Shown in pieces: positions 39,776 through 49,494 of a DNA stretch of 58,452 bases. Under the pieces are notes generated by a model. The model made no database searches. It was not told where the DNA came from and worked only from the letters and a program-made list of their open reading frames with translations. Position numbers and translations under genes: made by a program. Location of the stretch: NCBI GenBank assembly GCA_034087725.1, contig JAXDXW010000071.1:1-58452 (forward strand). Reading direction: 5' to 3'. The first letter of the stretch is position 1, and every line of letters starts with the position of its first letter. This DNA is from Candidatus Onthovivens sp. GTDB lineage: Bacteria; Bacillota_I; Bacilli_A; RFN20; CAG-826.

Positions 39776-41212
39776 TTAAACTCGTAATAATTTTGAAAAC
39801 AAATCAAGATAAGAGTGAGCAGTTTTTGCCCATCTATTATCGGTTTTCATTGCATTTTTGCGCAAAGTAGTCATCGTTTTACCCTTTTTAGCATATGTAA
39901 TAAGAGTTAAAGCAACACATTTAACACCTTCAATCACACTATAATTGTAGAAGCCAAAACCATTTGCTGTCTTTGCGTTTTTCCCATTATAGCAATTTAC
40001 AGTATCCTTTAATCCACCAGTTAATCGAACAAGAGGTAATGTTCCATATCTTTGAGCAACAAGTTGTCCAATACCACAAGGCTCAAATTTTGAAGGCATA
40101 ATAAAGAAATCGCAAGAAGCATAAATTTTGTGAGCTAAACTTTCATCATAGCCAAGCTGAATAAAGACATTTTCAGGGTAATCATTTTTTAATTTCCTAA
40201 AGCTATCTTCAGCCCATCTTTCTCCAGAGCCTAAAAGTACAAAACATCCGCCCTCATTTACTACAAAATCAGCCATTGCAGTGAGCACATCAATCCCTTT
40301 TTGATCTGTTAAACGACTACATACACCAAAAAGAGGTTTTTTTGCATCTAAATTATGTTCTTTACAAAAAGCAACTTTATTCCTCTTCTTTCCTGCATCT
40401 ACATTTTCACTACCGTAGTTATAATAAATACATTTATCGGTTTTTGGATTGAAAAATTCGTAATCTATTCCGTTTACAAAACCATAGAAATCATCTTTTC
40501 TTAAAACTAAATCGTAATCTAATCCTTTTGATCCTTCCTTTGTTAAAAGTTCTTGAGCATGTGTTGGTGAAACAGTAGTAATTTTATCAGAATAAACTAT
40601 TCCTGCTTTCAAAGTAGAAACTTTACCTTCAAGTCTTACTTTTCCGTTATTATAAATATCGGCATTTAAGTTATATAAATCAAATAAAGCACTGCTATCT
40701 AAGAACCCCTTAAATAAAGGATTGTGAATAGTTAAAACTGTCTTAATATGGCCTAAAGTTAAATGATCTTTGTATTTTACTTTTAAAAGACAAGGAATCA
40801 TACCTGTTTGATGATCATGAACATGACAAATATCTACTTTAAAAGGCATAATTTTTAAGAGTTCAACTGCAGCATTACAGAAAAATGCGAATCTTTCTCC
40901 GTCATCAAAGTAACCATAATAGTTGTCTCTATTAAAGTATTGATCGTCTTTAATTAAAAAATAATCTATTTTTTTATATAAAGTGTGATAAACTTCACAA
41001 TTAATTTCTCGCCAATTCATGACCACTTTAAAATGGGCTACTTTAGAAATTTTCTTAAAAAAGCTTGTATTCCCGTTTTTATAAAATGGAGTAATTATCG
41101 CAACATTATCTTTATTCTTTATAAATTCTTTACTTAATGAAAAGATAACATCACCTAAGCCACCAGTTTTTGAAAACGGTAAACACTCACTTGTAATTTG
41201 AACGATATTCAT
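39776..41212 (-). CDS. glgA: Glycogen synthase
   Basis: Motifs KTGGLGDV, HVHDHQT, RLTDQKG and EPCGIGQL. Start at ATG 41212. Confidence 0.96.
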   Translation of the reverse strand: MNIVQITSECLPFSKTGGLGDVIFSLSKEFIKNKDNVAIITPFYKNGNTSFFKKISKVAHFKVVMNWREINCEVYHTLYKKIDYFLIKDDQYFNRDNYYGYFDDGERFAFFCNAAVELLKIMPFKVDICHVHDHQTGMIPCLLKVKYKDHLTLGHIKTVLTIHNPLFKGFLDSSALFDLYNLNADIYNNGKVRLEGKVSTLKAGIVYSDKITTVSPTHAQELLTKEGSKGLDYDLVLRKDDFYGFVNGIDYEFFNPKTDKCIYYNYGSENVDAGKKRNKVAFCKEHNLDAKKPLFGVCSRLTDQKGIDVLTAMADFVVNEGGCFVLLGSGERWAEDSFRKLKNDYPENVFIQLGYDESLAHKIYASCDFFIMPSKFEPCGIGQLVAQRYGTLPLVRLTGGLKDTVNCYNGKNAKTANGFGFYNYSVIEGVKCVALTLITYAKKGKTMTTLRKNAMKTDNRWAKTAHSYLDLFSKLLRV

Positions 41213-41213
41213 A

Positions 41214-42329
41214 TTAAATCTTTGCTCCTTGAGGTATATATATTGGATTGCAATCGTCATTAATCAAATCTTTATTTTCGATTTTGCAATGCTTATCTAT
41301 AACAACATTTTTTATTTTAACGCCCTTTTTAATAATTGTATCTGTAAAAATAATGGAATTTTCTACTTCAGCCCCCTCTTCAACGATAACATTTCTGGCT
41401 AAAATTGAATGAGTAACTTTTCCATCTATAGAACATCCGTTGGCTAAAACAGAATTAGAAACTTCCGCATCACATCCATAAATAATAGGGCGAGAATTAT
41501 GGCTAGTTGTGTGATATGTCCAATCATCAATGAATAAACTTGTCTTAAATTTTTCAGTGTCTAAAAGTTCAAAAGAAAAATCGACGTACTCTTTTAATGA
41601 TGAGAAATATCGACAGTATCCATCGTATTTTATTGCATGAACCTTATTCTCGTAATTAGCAATGTAATGAACTAAATCCTTAAGAGAAAATAAAGAAGAA
41701 ATTGAATCTACTCTTTTTAAAAGATCTCTTAAATAAGAGGCGCTAATTACATATGTTTCTAAAGAAATATTGGCATTATTTCTACTACCGTCATTAGTAG
41801 TAAATTTTTGAATGTTACCTAAAACATCAACAGTAATCTTATCACACCCTAAAAATCTAGTATCAGCGTGCGAAGTTTCTCGATAAACAACACTAACAAG
41901 TTTTTGCGATTGAATGTGTTGTTCAATGATACTATTAAAATCAATTCGATATACAAATTGAACCGGAACAATTACGATATATTTTGCATCGTTATCATAT
42001 AAAAACCAGTCATTTTCTTTAATATTGTTTATATCTGTGTTAAATGTTGGATTTGTTAAACCATATTCATTTATAAATAAAGATTGAAAACCCGTTTTTG
42101 GATTTTTTAAATATGTAGATTCATAACCTAGATGTTTAAAAATAGATCTAGAATGATCTTTTACTAAAATTCCAATATTATCAATCCCACTATTTGTTAA
42201 GTTTGATAAAGCAAAGTCAATAAAAGTATATCTGCCTAAAAAAGTTGTAGAAGCTAAAGGACGTTGTTTAGTTAATTCACCAAGATCCGTAGAGTTATGC
42301 AAATTTACAAGAGCAATTACATCTTTCAT
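41214..42329 (-). CDS. glgD: Glucose-1-phosphate adenylyltransferase subunit GlgD
   Basis: RPLASTTFLGRYTFIDFALSN with no GGxGxRL loop; left-handed beta-helix tail; follows glgC. Confidence 0.9.
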   Translation of the reverse strand: MKDVIALVNLHNSTDLGELTKQRPLASTTFLGRYTFIDFALSNLTNSGIDNIGILVKDHSRSIFKHLGYESTYLKNPKTGFQSLFINEYGLTNPTFNTDINNIKENDWFLYDNDAKYIVIVPVQFVYRIDFNSIIEQHIQSQKLVSVVYRETSHADTRFLGCDKITVDVLGNIQKFTTNDGSRNNANISLETYVISASYLRDLLKRVDSISSLFSLKDLVHYIANYENKVHAIKYDGYCRYFSSLKEYVDFSFELLDTEKFKTSLFIDDWTYHTTSHNSRPIIYGCDAEVSNSVLANGCSIDGKVTHSILARNVIVEEGAEVENSIIFTDTIIKKGVKIKNVVIDKHCKIENKDLINDDCNPIYIPQGAKI

Positions 42330-43462
42330 AGTGATAGATTCCTTTCATAATCAATTAAAATTATTTTTTCGCTGTCTTTATTAATTTCTTCGCCTGCTTT
42401 TATAATTGTCTTCGGACCGATAATTGCGTTATTTACAAAAGCATTCTCTTCTATGATAACTCCAGGCATTAAAACAGAATTTATAACAACTGCTCCTTCT
42501 TTTACAACAACTTCATTTGAGACTACACAGCTTTGCAAGGAGCCGAAAATTCTTGCACCTTGATTAATTAAACAATCTTTAACCTTTGCAGAAGGTCCAA
42601 TAAATTGTGGAAGTGAATGCGTATCTTCGCTAAAAACACTTGGATATTCGCTAAATTTAATTGTATCTTTTGTTCGTCTAGAAGGTAAAAGTTCCATATT
42701 TGCCATATGTAAACTGTCTACTGTTCCAACATCTCTCCAATATCCTTTAAATCTATACGCATAGATTTTTTTATTAATATCAAGCAAATAAGGGATAATA
42801 TCTTTTCCAAAATCATGCGAACTATTTGGATTTTTAGCATCTAAAACAAGCGCTTTTCTTAAATCTTTGTATGTGAAGATATAAACACCCATCGAAGCTA
42901 AATTTGATTTTGGCACTTTTGGTTTTTCTACGAATTTTGTAATTCGATCATGCGAATCGACCTCTAAAATACCGAATCTAGAAGCTTCTTTAATATCAAC
43001 TTCTAAAACAGAAATTGTACAAGCAGCTCCACTTTTAATGTGAAGTTCAAGCATTTCATTGTAAGTAGATTTATAAATATGATCACCGCTTAGAATAAGA
43101 ACATATTCCGGATCTTCTTCATCTAAAAAGTCAATATTTTGATAAATTGCATCAGCTGTGCCGTTATACCAAGATGCTCCTTCCTCTGTTTGGCGAGGAG
43201 GAAGAGCCACACATTTGCCACCGACACCATTAAAACCCCGCTTTTCTCCATTACCTATATAATTATTTAAAGCTACGGATTCATATTGAGTTAACACGCC
43301 GCAGGAATCAATGCCCGTATTTGCAACATTAGACAATGAAAAATCAATAATACGATATTTACCACCAAAGTAAACAGCTGGTTTTGCAATTTTTTTAGTA
43401 AGTGCATGAAGTCGTGTGCCCTTGCCTCCTGCTAAAATCATCGCAACACATTTTTTCGACAT
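42326..43462 (-). CDS. glgC: Glucose-1-phosphate adenylyltransferase
   Basis: Motifs LAGGKGTRL, AKPAVYFGG, GTADA, LSGDHIY and GYWRDVGT. CGG at 43238-43240 matches the conserved Trp of the GxxW motif. Confidence 0.97.
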   Translation of the reverse strand: MSKKCVAMILAGGKGTRLHALTKKIAKPAVYFGGKYRIIDFSLSNVANTGIDSCGVLTQYESVALNNYIGNGEKRGFNGVGGKCVALPPRQTEEGASWYNGTADAIYQNIDFLDEEDPEYVLILSGDHIYKSTYNEMLELHIKSGAACTISVLEVDIKEASRFGILEVDSHDRITKFVEKPKVPKSNLASMGVYIFTYKDLRKALVLDAKNPNSSHDFGKDIIPYLLDINKKIYAYRFKGYWRDVGTVDSLHMANMELLPSRRTKDTIKFSEYPSVFSEDTHSLPQFIGPSAKVKDCLINQGARIFGSLQSCVVSNEVVVKEGAVVINSVLMPGVIIEENAFVNNAIIGPKTIIKAGEEINKDSEKIILIDYERNLSL

Positions 43463-43473
43463 ACAAGCTCCCC

Positions 43474-46400
43474 TTAATCAACAGTTGTATATAACAAAAC
43501 GTGGCTAGCGTTTTTATCTCTACTTACAAGTAACGTTTCATCAACTAACTCAGAAATATCGCCAATTTTTTCAGGTGGGGTTGAAAGAATAACTTGTAAA
43601 TGAAATTTGCGCAATAATTTAACCGCTTCTATAATTCTTTCGCGGTCCATTTTTGAAAATGCTTCATCAAAAATAATTAATCTAATTGTATTGGAAATTT
43701 CGCCTTCATCATAAACATGATAAAGTTGTGCAAAGGAAGCTAAAACAGAAATATAGAAAGGTGTTTGAGTTTCGCCTCCAGATTTTTTCTTAATCATTTT
43801 TGAAAGTCTTTGTTCTTCATTTGTTAATTTATTTTTAACTATTAAGTCAAAATCTAAATAGCTTCTATAATCAGTAAATTTTTCAATATTATTCACAAGA
43901 ACTGATGATTTTTCACTAGAACCTATATCAACAATTTGTCTAAATAAATCTTCCATTACATCTTTGTATTTTTCAATAAAGGCTACATCGTTATCAGAAT
44001 CTAAAATTAAATCGTCTTTAAGCATGTCATAATACCTACGATATACAATTGAAGGCTTAACTGTAAATCTATACAAATCTGTACCAAAAGAAGATTCCTC
44101 TAACGCAAGGTTTAAATTATTTATTTGATCTTCAACATCTTCAATAGCGCTTCTCAATTTAAAAATAAAGTCGTCTTTAAATTGCTTTGTAGCCTTTTCA
44201 TAACTATCTTGAATTTTTTCTTTATATTCAGGAAGTTTAACATCTCTAAATTCTTTTAATTCTTCACTAAATCTAGTGTTATCGATTGTTTCACAATCAT
44301 ATCCAAGATGATAATCACGACAATAGTCTCTACGAGACTTAGTTAATTGAGAAAAAACATTTCCTAAAATGTATTGACCTCTAACAAGGGTCGTATTTGT
44401 TTCATTAAATATTACTAAATAAGTTTTCCCTTCTTTAAGTAAATTATTTAAATAAGGTTCACATTTATCGATGATAAACTCAGATTCATAATTATTAAGT
44501 AAAGATTTCTCTTTTTCTTTAATTTTAACTTCCTCGTTTTTAATTTTATCCTTCTTTAAATTAGCAATTTCATTCGTTAAATTACCTTTTTCTAGCATTA
44601 AAGAATCATTATTTGCCTTAATATCGTCAATGTCTTCTTCAATTGCACGAATTCTTTTATCAATCGAATCAAGTAAAGCTGTGTCGTGCTCTTTTAATTC
44701 TTCTTCAATATAAGTTAATGATTTTTCAAGTCCTGGAAGCTCGCTAATTTTAGATATACTTTCTAAAATAGAACTAATTTCGTTACTATTGATAACTTCT
44801 AAATTATTAGCTTCAGTAATAATCGAAGATAATTGTTTGAAAATTCCTAAATTTCCTAAATTGAGTTGCAATTCTTTACTCTTCTCTTGAATAAATCTAG
44901 CATCTAAACTTCGACCTATAAAAGACATCTGATAAGAGCGAGGATTGATGCGAGAAAGAGCGAAATTTCTATATAAATCGCACTCTTTTGTTATACCATT
45001 TCCTGAATTTCTTGCTTCTTCAATAGTTGCAGATTTATGAAGTCTGCCAATTAAGAAATTAGTATAAGCCCTTGCTCCTTCATGATCCGTTAAAATTTCT
45101 GTAGCAAGAGAATCTTCTTCTGCTTCAAAGTCTCTATTAATGATTTTTTCTTGATCAACTAAACTAGTACCGTAATATTTATATTCATCAAGTAAATGCT
45201 TCAAAATTTTATAAGCTTCTATGTAGTATTTAGGTGCAACAAACAAATTAAATTTTTGTGCTACAAGATAGCCTTCTATAGCGTTTGACCAACTCAAATC
45301 GTGAATATCAACTAAATCAGCGTATATTTCTACAGGAATATCTTTACCAAATTTATCTTTTAAAGAATTTTGAAGTTTATTTTTAATACTAACTAGACGA
45401 TAATCATAAGCTTTTTCACCATGCTTAATATTTTTTTCTTCTTCCCTCAATGCGGCAATCTTTTTTTCAGTTTGCGAAATACTTCTAGCTAAAGATGTAG
45501 CAAGTGAAGATACATTATTTTTAAATAAAGACAATTCTCTCCTGAAATTAAATAATTTCTCTTCGTTTAAAGACAAAATATCTGTCTGATATTCATTTTT
45601 AAATTCATTAATTGAGGAAATCAATGAGTTCGCACTATCCTCGAGTTCAGTTAATTCAGTTAATCTATCTTCTTCTAAAACATCTTTAGAAAAAACAGAA
45701 AGAGATGAAGAAATGCTTTTTGAAGCTTTTAAAAACCCATCACAGTATGCGTTTAAATTGATACTAATTTGATTATTTTTGCTTTTAATATTACCAATTT
45801 TTTCAATAATCTGATCTTTCTCTTCAGTTAACTCTTGTGTTAATTTAGCGGCATCATTATTTGCACGATCACTAATCAAGGAAATTTTCTTGTTTTCTAA
45901 TTCTGATAAATCTACCTTATTATCAGCTATATCCTCATCAATTTGTGCTAACCTATTTTCGGCTTTTAATACTTCGTTTTTTAAAATGTTTAACTTTTCT
46001 TTAGACATTTCAAGCTCACATCTTTCAATTGTATAGCGAGAAATATCTACACCCTCTTTAGTATTTAAATAAACTTGATAATTTTGCTCAATTTCCTCTA
46101 AAGAAGAGATTCGAGTTTGAAGTCTTTCGGCTTCGTTTTCAAGTCGTTTATATTGCAAAATATTATCTTGTAAAGAATCGAGCTCAATATTTTGTTGAGG
46201 ATCACAAACATACTCCGTAATAAAGGTAGTTATGTCTGTAATTGGAGTAAAAGATGAAGCTTTCTTAAGGAGACTAAAATACTTATCCTTTAAACCACCA
46301 AATTTCTTTTTCAAAAATTCTTGATACTGTCTATTTGAATCGAAAAATGTGAATTTTCCATAATAATTTTCATTTAAAAATTTATATAGAGTTTTATATT

Positions 46401-46839
46401 CCATCGGATAATTGTCTAATATAAATTCATTTTGAGGTATTTTATCTTCTAAGCAGAAAAAATGATGTTCTTCACTCCCGTCAACAAAAGTATCGAAAAC
46501 AATGCCCATTGTAAAATAGTTTTCATGAATATCGTCAAAAAATTCAAGAGCTATGTAAGATGTAAAGCGACCTTTTCTTAAATACTTAAAATCACCATCA
46601 GCAGTATCTCCAATTTCACCACTTAAATAGCTTTTTAAGGTTCTAGCTGATTTATCCATTGCGGCCTTATTGAAAAATCTACCTGTCGTATCGCCTAAAA
46701 GAACTAATGAAAGAGCGTCAATTAATGTTGATTTACCACTAGCATTTTTACCTGTTAAAAATACTATTTGTTTAAAATCAATGGTTTGATTCCAAAAATA
46801 ATGCCAATTTATAATTTTTGCTTTAGTTAGCGATTTCAT
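43474..46839 (-). CDS. SMC-like ATPase, Wadjet JetC / MksB type
   Basis: INWHYF, Walker A GKNASGKST, long coiled coils, signature SGGETQ and Walker B IIFDEAF. Start at ATG 46839 (AAGGAG RBS), overlapping the upstream stop. Confidence 0.88.
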   Translation of the reverse strand: MKSLTKAKIINWHYFWNQTIDFKQIVFLTGKNASGKSTLIDALSLVLLGDTTGRFFNKAAMDKSARTLKSYLSGEIGDTADGDFKYLRKGRFTSYIALEFFDDIHENYFTMGIVFDTFVDGSEEHHFFCLEDKIPQNEFILDNYPMEYKTLYKFLNENYYGKFTFFDSNRQYQEFLKKKFGGLKDKYFSLLKKASSFTPITDITTFITEYVCDPQQNIELDSLQDNILQYKRLENEAERLQTRISSLEEIEQNYQVYLNTKEGVDISRYTIERCELEMSKEKLNILKNEVLKAENRLAQIDEDIADNKVDLSELENKKISLISDRANNDAAKLTQELTEEKDQIIEKIGNIKSKNNQISINLNAYCDGFLKASKSISSSLSVFSKDVLEEDRLTELTELEDSANSLISSINEFKNEYQTDILSLNEEKLFNFRRELSLFKNNVSSLATSLARSISQTEKKIAALREEEKNIKHGEKAYDYRLVSIKNKLQNSLKDKFGKDIPVEIYADLVDIHDLSWSNAIEGYLVAQKFNLFVAPKYYIEAYKILKHLLDEYKYYGTSLVDQEKIINRDFEAEEDSLATEILTDHEGARAYTNFLIGRLHKSATIEEARNSGNGITKECDLYRNFALSRINPRSYQMSFIGRSLDARFIQEKSKELQLNLGNLGIFKQLSSIITEANNLEVINSNEISSILESISKISELPGLEKSLTYIEEELKEHDTALLDSIDKRIRAIEEDIDDIKANNDSLMLEKGNLTNEIANLKKDKIKNEEVKIKEKEKSLLNNYESEFIIDKCEPYLNNLLKEGKTYLVIFNETNTTLVRGQYILGNVFSQLTKSRRDYCRDYHLGYDCETIDNTRFSEELKEFRDVKLPEYKEKIQDSYEKATKQFKDDFIFKLRSAIEDVEDQINNLNLALEESSFGTDLYRFTVKPSIVYRRYYDMLKDDLILDSDNDVAFIEKYKDVMEDLFRQIVDIGSSEKSSVLVNNIEKFTDYRSYLDFDLIVKNKLTNEEQRLSKMIKKKSGGETQTPFYISVLASFAQLYHVYDEGEISNTIRLIIFDEAFSKMDRERIIEAVKLLRKFHLQVILSTPPEKIGDISELVDETLLVSRDKNASHVLLYTTVD

Positions 46840-47461
46840 CGATTTCGTTCTCCTTTCCATTAATTTCGTCTAATAAATTGCTTAAGGCAACAATCTTATC
46901 ATTATTTAAAGCGTAGACAATACTTGGAAGTATATAAAATGTTACATTCCCTTCATCATAAGAGCCACTAACTTTAGAAATAATATTACGGCTTGCTAAA
47001 AATCTTAAAGAACGTGCAATACCTCTTCCGTTTAATTTTTTGCCTGGCATATAAATTCCGTGATCAACCATCTCTTTAATTAATGTAGGAGTTGTCATAA
47101 AAATTGATTGCGAAACAGAATTAGATTCGCTTTTTTCGTTTTCATAAATTAATCTTAAAGCAAACAAAACTAAGCTTGTTTCTCTATCAATTTTCAATCT
47201 GTTTTCAGTAAAATCGTTGCTCAAAGCGATTACTCCTAAAATGTTATCCTTTTCAATATGCCAACCAGAAAATTTCAAATATCCTTCAAAAATATCAAAA
47301 TATCTTTCTAAAAATCGATAATCAGGATTTACTCTCATTATTTTTTCTTTCGGATCAAATATATCGCGAACAATAAAGCCTTTTAATAATAATTTATTGC
47401 ACACGCTTGCGAATGTATTTTGATCACTAGATGATAATTTTATAAACTCTTCAGTAAACAT
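46823..47461 (-). CDS. DUF4194-like KITE subunit (Wadjet JetB / MksE type)
   Basis: 212 aa with tandem winged-helix-like pattern (NPDYRFLERYFDIFEGYLKFSGWHI...SLVLFALRLIYE...ILPSI); lies between the kleisin and SMC genes. Confidence 0.78.
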   Translation of the reverse strand: MFTEEFIKLSSSDQNTFASVCNKLLLKGFIVRDIFDPKEKIMRVNPDYRFLERYFDIFEGYLKFSGWHIEKDNILGVIALSNDFTENRLKIDRETSLVLFALRLIYENEKSESNSVSQSIFMTTPTLIKEMVDHGIYMPGKKLNGRGIARSLRFLASRNIISKVSGSYDEGNVTFYILPSIVYALNNDKIVALSNLLDEINGKENEIDEIAN

Positions 47462-47463
47462 AA

Positions 47464-48900
47464 TTAATTCTCCTTAACTGTAAAAAGAAAATGTGGGACA
47501 AGAAAACGATTATTAATAATTTTTTGATCATCGATGACTTCTACATTGTAAAAACATTTAGAATCGTCTTTTTTCACTGTTGCAAAAATTAAGCAAATAA
47601 AAGCCTCAAAATTAATTAAAGGCATATCTTCAACTCTTAATGTCTTTTCATCACCAAAACATTCCTTCATAAATTCGTAAATTTTTTCGTCAGTATAAAC
47701 ACTTCGCGTTGATTCTAAGAAATCGCGCATAATCTCTTCGTTTGCAATATCAAAATCAATAATTTGTAGAGGCATTCCATCTTCTTTTAATCTACGTAAA
47801 ATAGGGAAAGTTATGGACTCACTATCAACATACCCCTGCTCATAAAAATATATAGAATCTTGCATTTTAGAGAGAAGTTTTCGCAAAAAACTAGGATCAT
47901 TTAAATTTTTTGTATAATTTTTAAATATATTTTCTAAGTGTCCTTTTATTGTTCTATCAGTGTTGTTTAAATATAAAATTTTGTTCGTAGAAGACTTTGT
48001 ATAATTATTGTTTTCTTTATCAATACTTGAAATTAATGAATTTAAAGATGAATAAGTATCAGTTATGTAATTAATTTTTGTAATAATCTCGTTTTCTAAA
48101 TCTTCTTTTGAAATAGTATTTGAAATTAATGCGGCTTGAGATATTAATTTTAAGCGAATTTCTTTAGATGATAACCACTTATCAAGAATCTGAATAATAG
48201 GTCTTTTAAATCTTACAACAGAATCAAATGTTTTAAGAGGATGATAATAACGATCGCTAATTTTTTCTTTGTAAATATCAAAAAAATCGTATAAAACATC
48301 ATTTGTATCAAACATTTTTCCTAATTTATTTTGGAAAATATGTATTGAATTCAAAAGAGTGATAAGTTCTACTTTCAGCTTCTTTGTATTTTCATAACAG
48401 CGATGTAAAGTTACAAACATCAATTCGTCTTGTTCTTCGTCTTCTAATTTTAATTCAGAGTAGGTAGAATGAACCAAGCTTAAATAAGGTGATTCTTCAT
48501 CACTTATAATATCTTTAAAGGCTTTCAAAATTGAAATTGTAAAAGGAGGAAGAATGATTGTTTCTTCAAAATTTTCTGGATTCATTGAAATGCTTATCCA
48601 ACCAGTTTCTTCTAATCTTCTTACGATAAAGCTAGCTTTAGTCGACAAATTATCCACGATATAATTTTCGTCCAAACTATCTTCTTCTAAAGATAAATCG
48701 AGTTGCTCTAGTTCTTCTTTACCTTTTTCTTTTAAAGCTTTAATAAAATCATTTTTGTTAATTATTGACTCATCTTGCTCTACTAAGTTAAATAAAATAA
48801 GCACGGCATCAGCAAATATTCCTCTATTTTTACTGTTAAATATAGAGAAATATTTTTCTGGTAAAATCTGAAATAAATTCACTATAGTTTCCTCGTTCAA
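47464..48900 (-). CDS. Kleisin-like subunit (Wadjet JetA / MksF type, DUF5716-like)
   Basis: 478 aa, TTG start; LFQILPEKYFSIFNSKN and RRLEETGWI are typical of Firmicute JetA; first gene of the trio. Confidence 0.72.
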   Translation of the reverse strand: MNEETIVNLFQILPEKYFSIFNSKNRGIFADAVLILFNLVEQDESIINKNDFIKALKEKGKEELEQLDLSLEEDSLDENYIVDNLSTKASFIVRRLEETGWISISMNPENFEETIILPPFTISILKAFKDIISDEESPYLSLVHSTYSELKLEDEEQDELMFVTLHRCYENTKKLKVELITLLNSIHIFQNKLGKMFDTNDVLYDFFDIYKEKISDRYYHPLKTFDSVVRFKRPIIQILDKWLSSKEIRLKLISQAALISNTISKEDLENEIITKINYITDTYSSLNSLISSIDKENNNYTKSSTNKILYLNNTDRTIKGHLENIFKNYTKNLNDPSFLRKLLSKMQDSIYFYEQGYVDSESITFPILRRLKEDGMPLQIIDFDIANEEIMRDFLESTRSVYTDEKIYEFMKECFGDEKTLRVEDMPLINFEAFICLIFATVKKDDSKCFYNVEVIDDQKIINNRFLVPHFLFTVKEN

Positions 48901-49008
48901 CTAAAAAGTATTTTATCATAAAGCATGCTCTAACTCATTAAAAAAATCTATTTTAAAATAAATATTTTAAAAGTAGCAAATATTTACTCATAATTCTATA
49001 ATTTAACT

Positions 49009-49494
49009 ATGACTGAAAAAAGACTATATCCCGCAAAAGGTCCACTTCTAAAAACATACAGCATTATCTCTTTAATATTACTATTAATTGCCTATTTAGC
49101 TTTCGGTTCAAGATTCATGTATGCAAACAAAACTCACGATGAATTAATGTCTATGCTAGGTGGAGATTTTTTAATTTTATGCATCCGGATAATTTTAAAC
49201 ATTATTGCAGTTTTTGTTTTACTAAAAAGAAATTATTATGAAATTTCTAAAAACGCAATTACACACATTAAATTAGGCGTTTCAACAACATATAATTTTT
49301 CAGATATCATTTATATTGATGAAAGTTATTCAAAAAAAGAAAAAACAATCCTTTTTTATTTAAAAGATGGCAAAGAAATATATTTAATTAATGATAAGGA
49401 AAAAATAATCTCGGCAACTTTAAAAGAAAACTGTAAAAATCTTCTTTCAAGGTCTCAATTCATAACTAAATATAAATCAAAAAATCCTATATAA
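49009..49494 (+). CDS. Hypothetical membrane protein (2 TM plus PH-like C-terminal domain)
   Basis: 161-aa ORF with two hydrophobic helices; in-frame CGG (49186-49188) inside TM2. Confidence 0.65.
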   Translation: MTEKRLYPAKGPLLKTYSIISLILLLIAYLAFGSRFMYANKTHDELMSMLGGDFLILCIRIILNIIAVFVLLKRNYYEISKNAITHIKLGVSTTYNFSDIIYIDESYSKKEKTILFYLKDGKEIYLINDKEKIISATLKENCKNLLSRSQFITKYKSKNPI

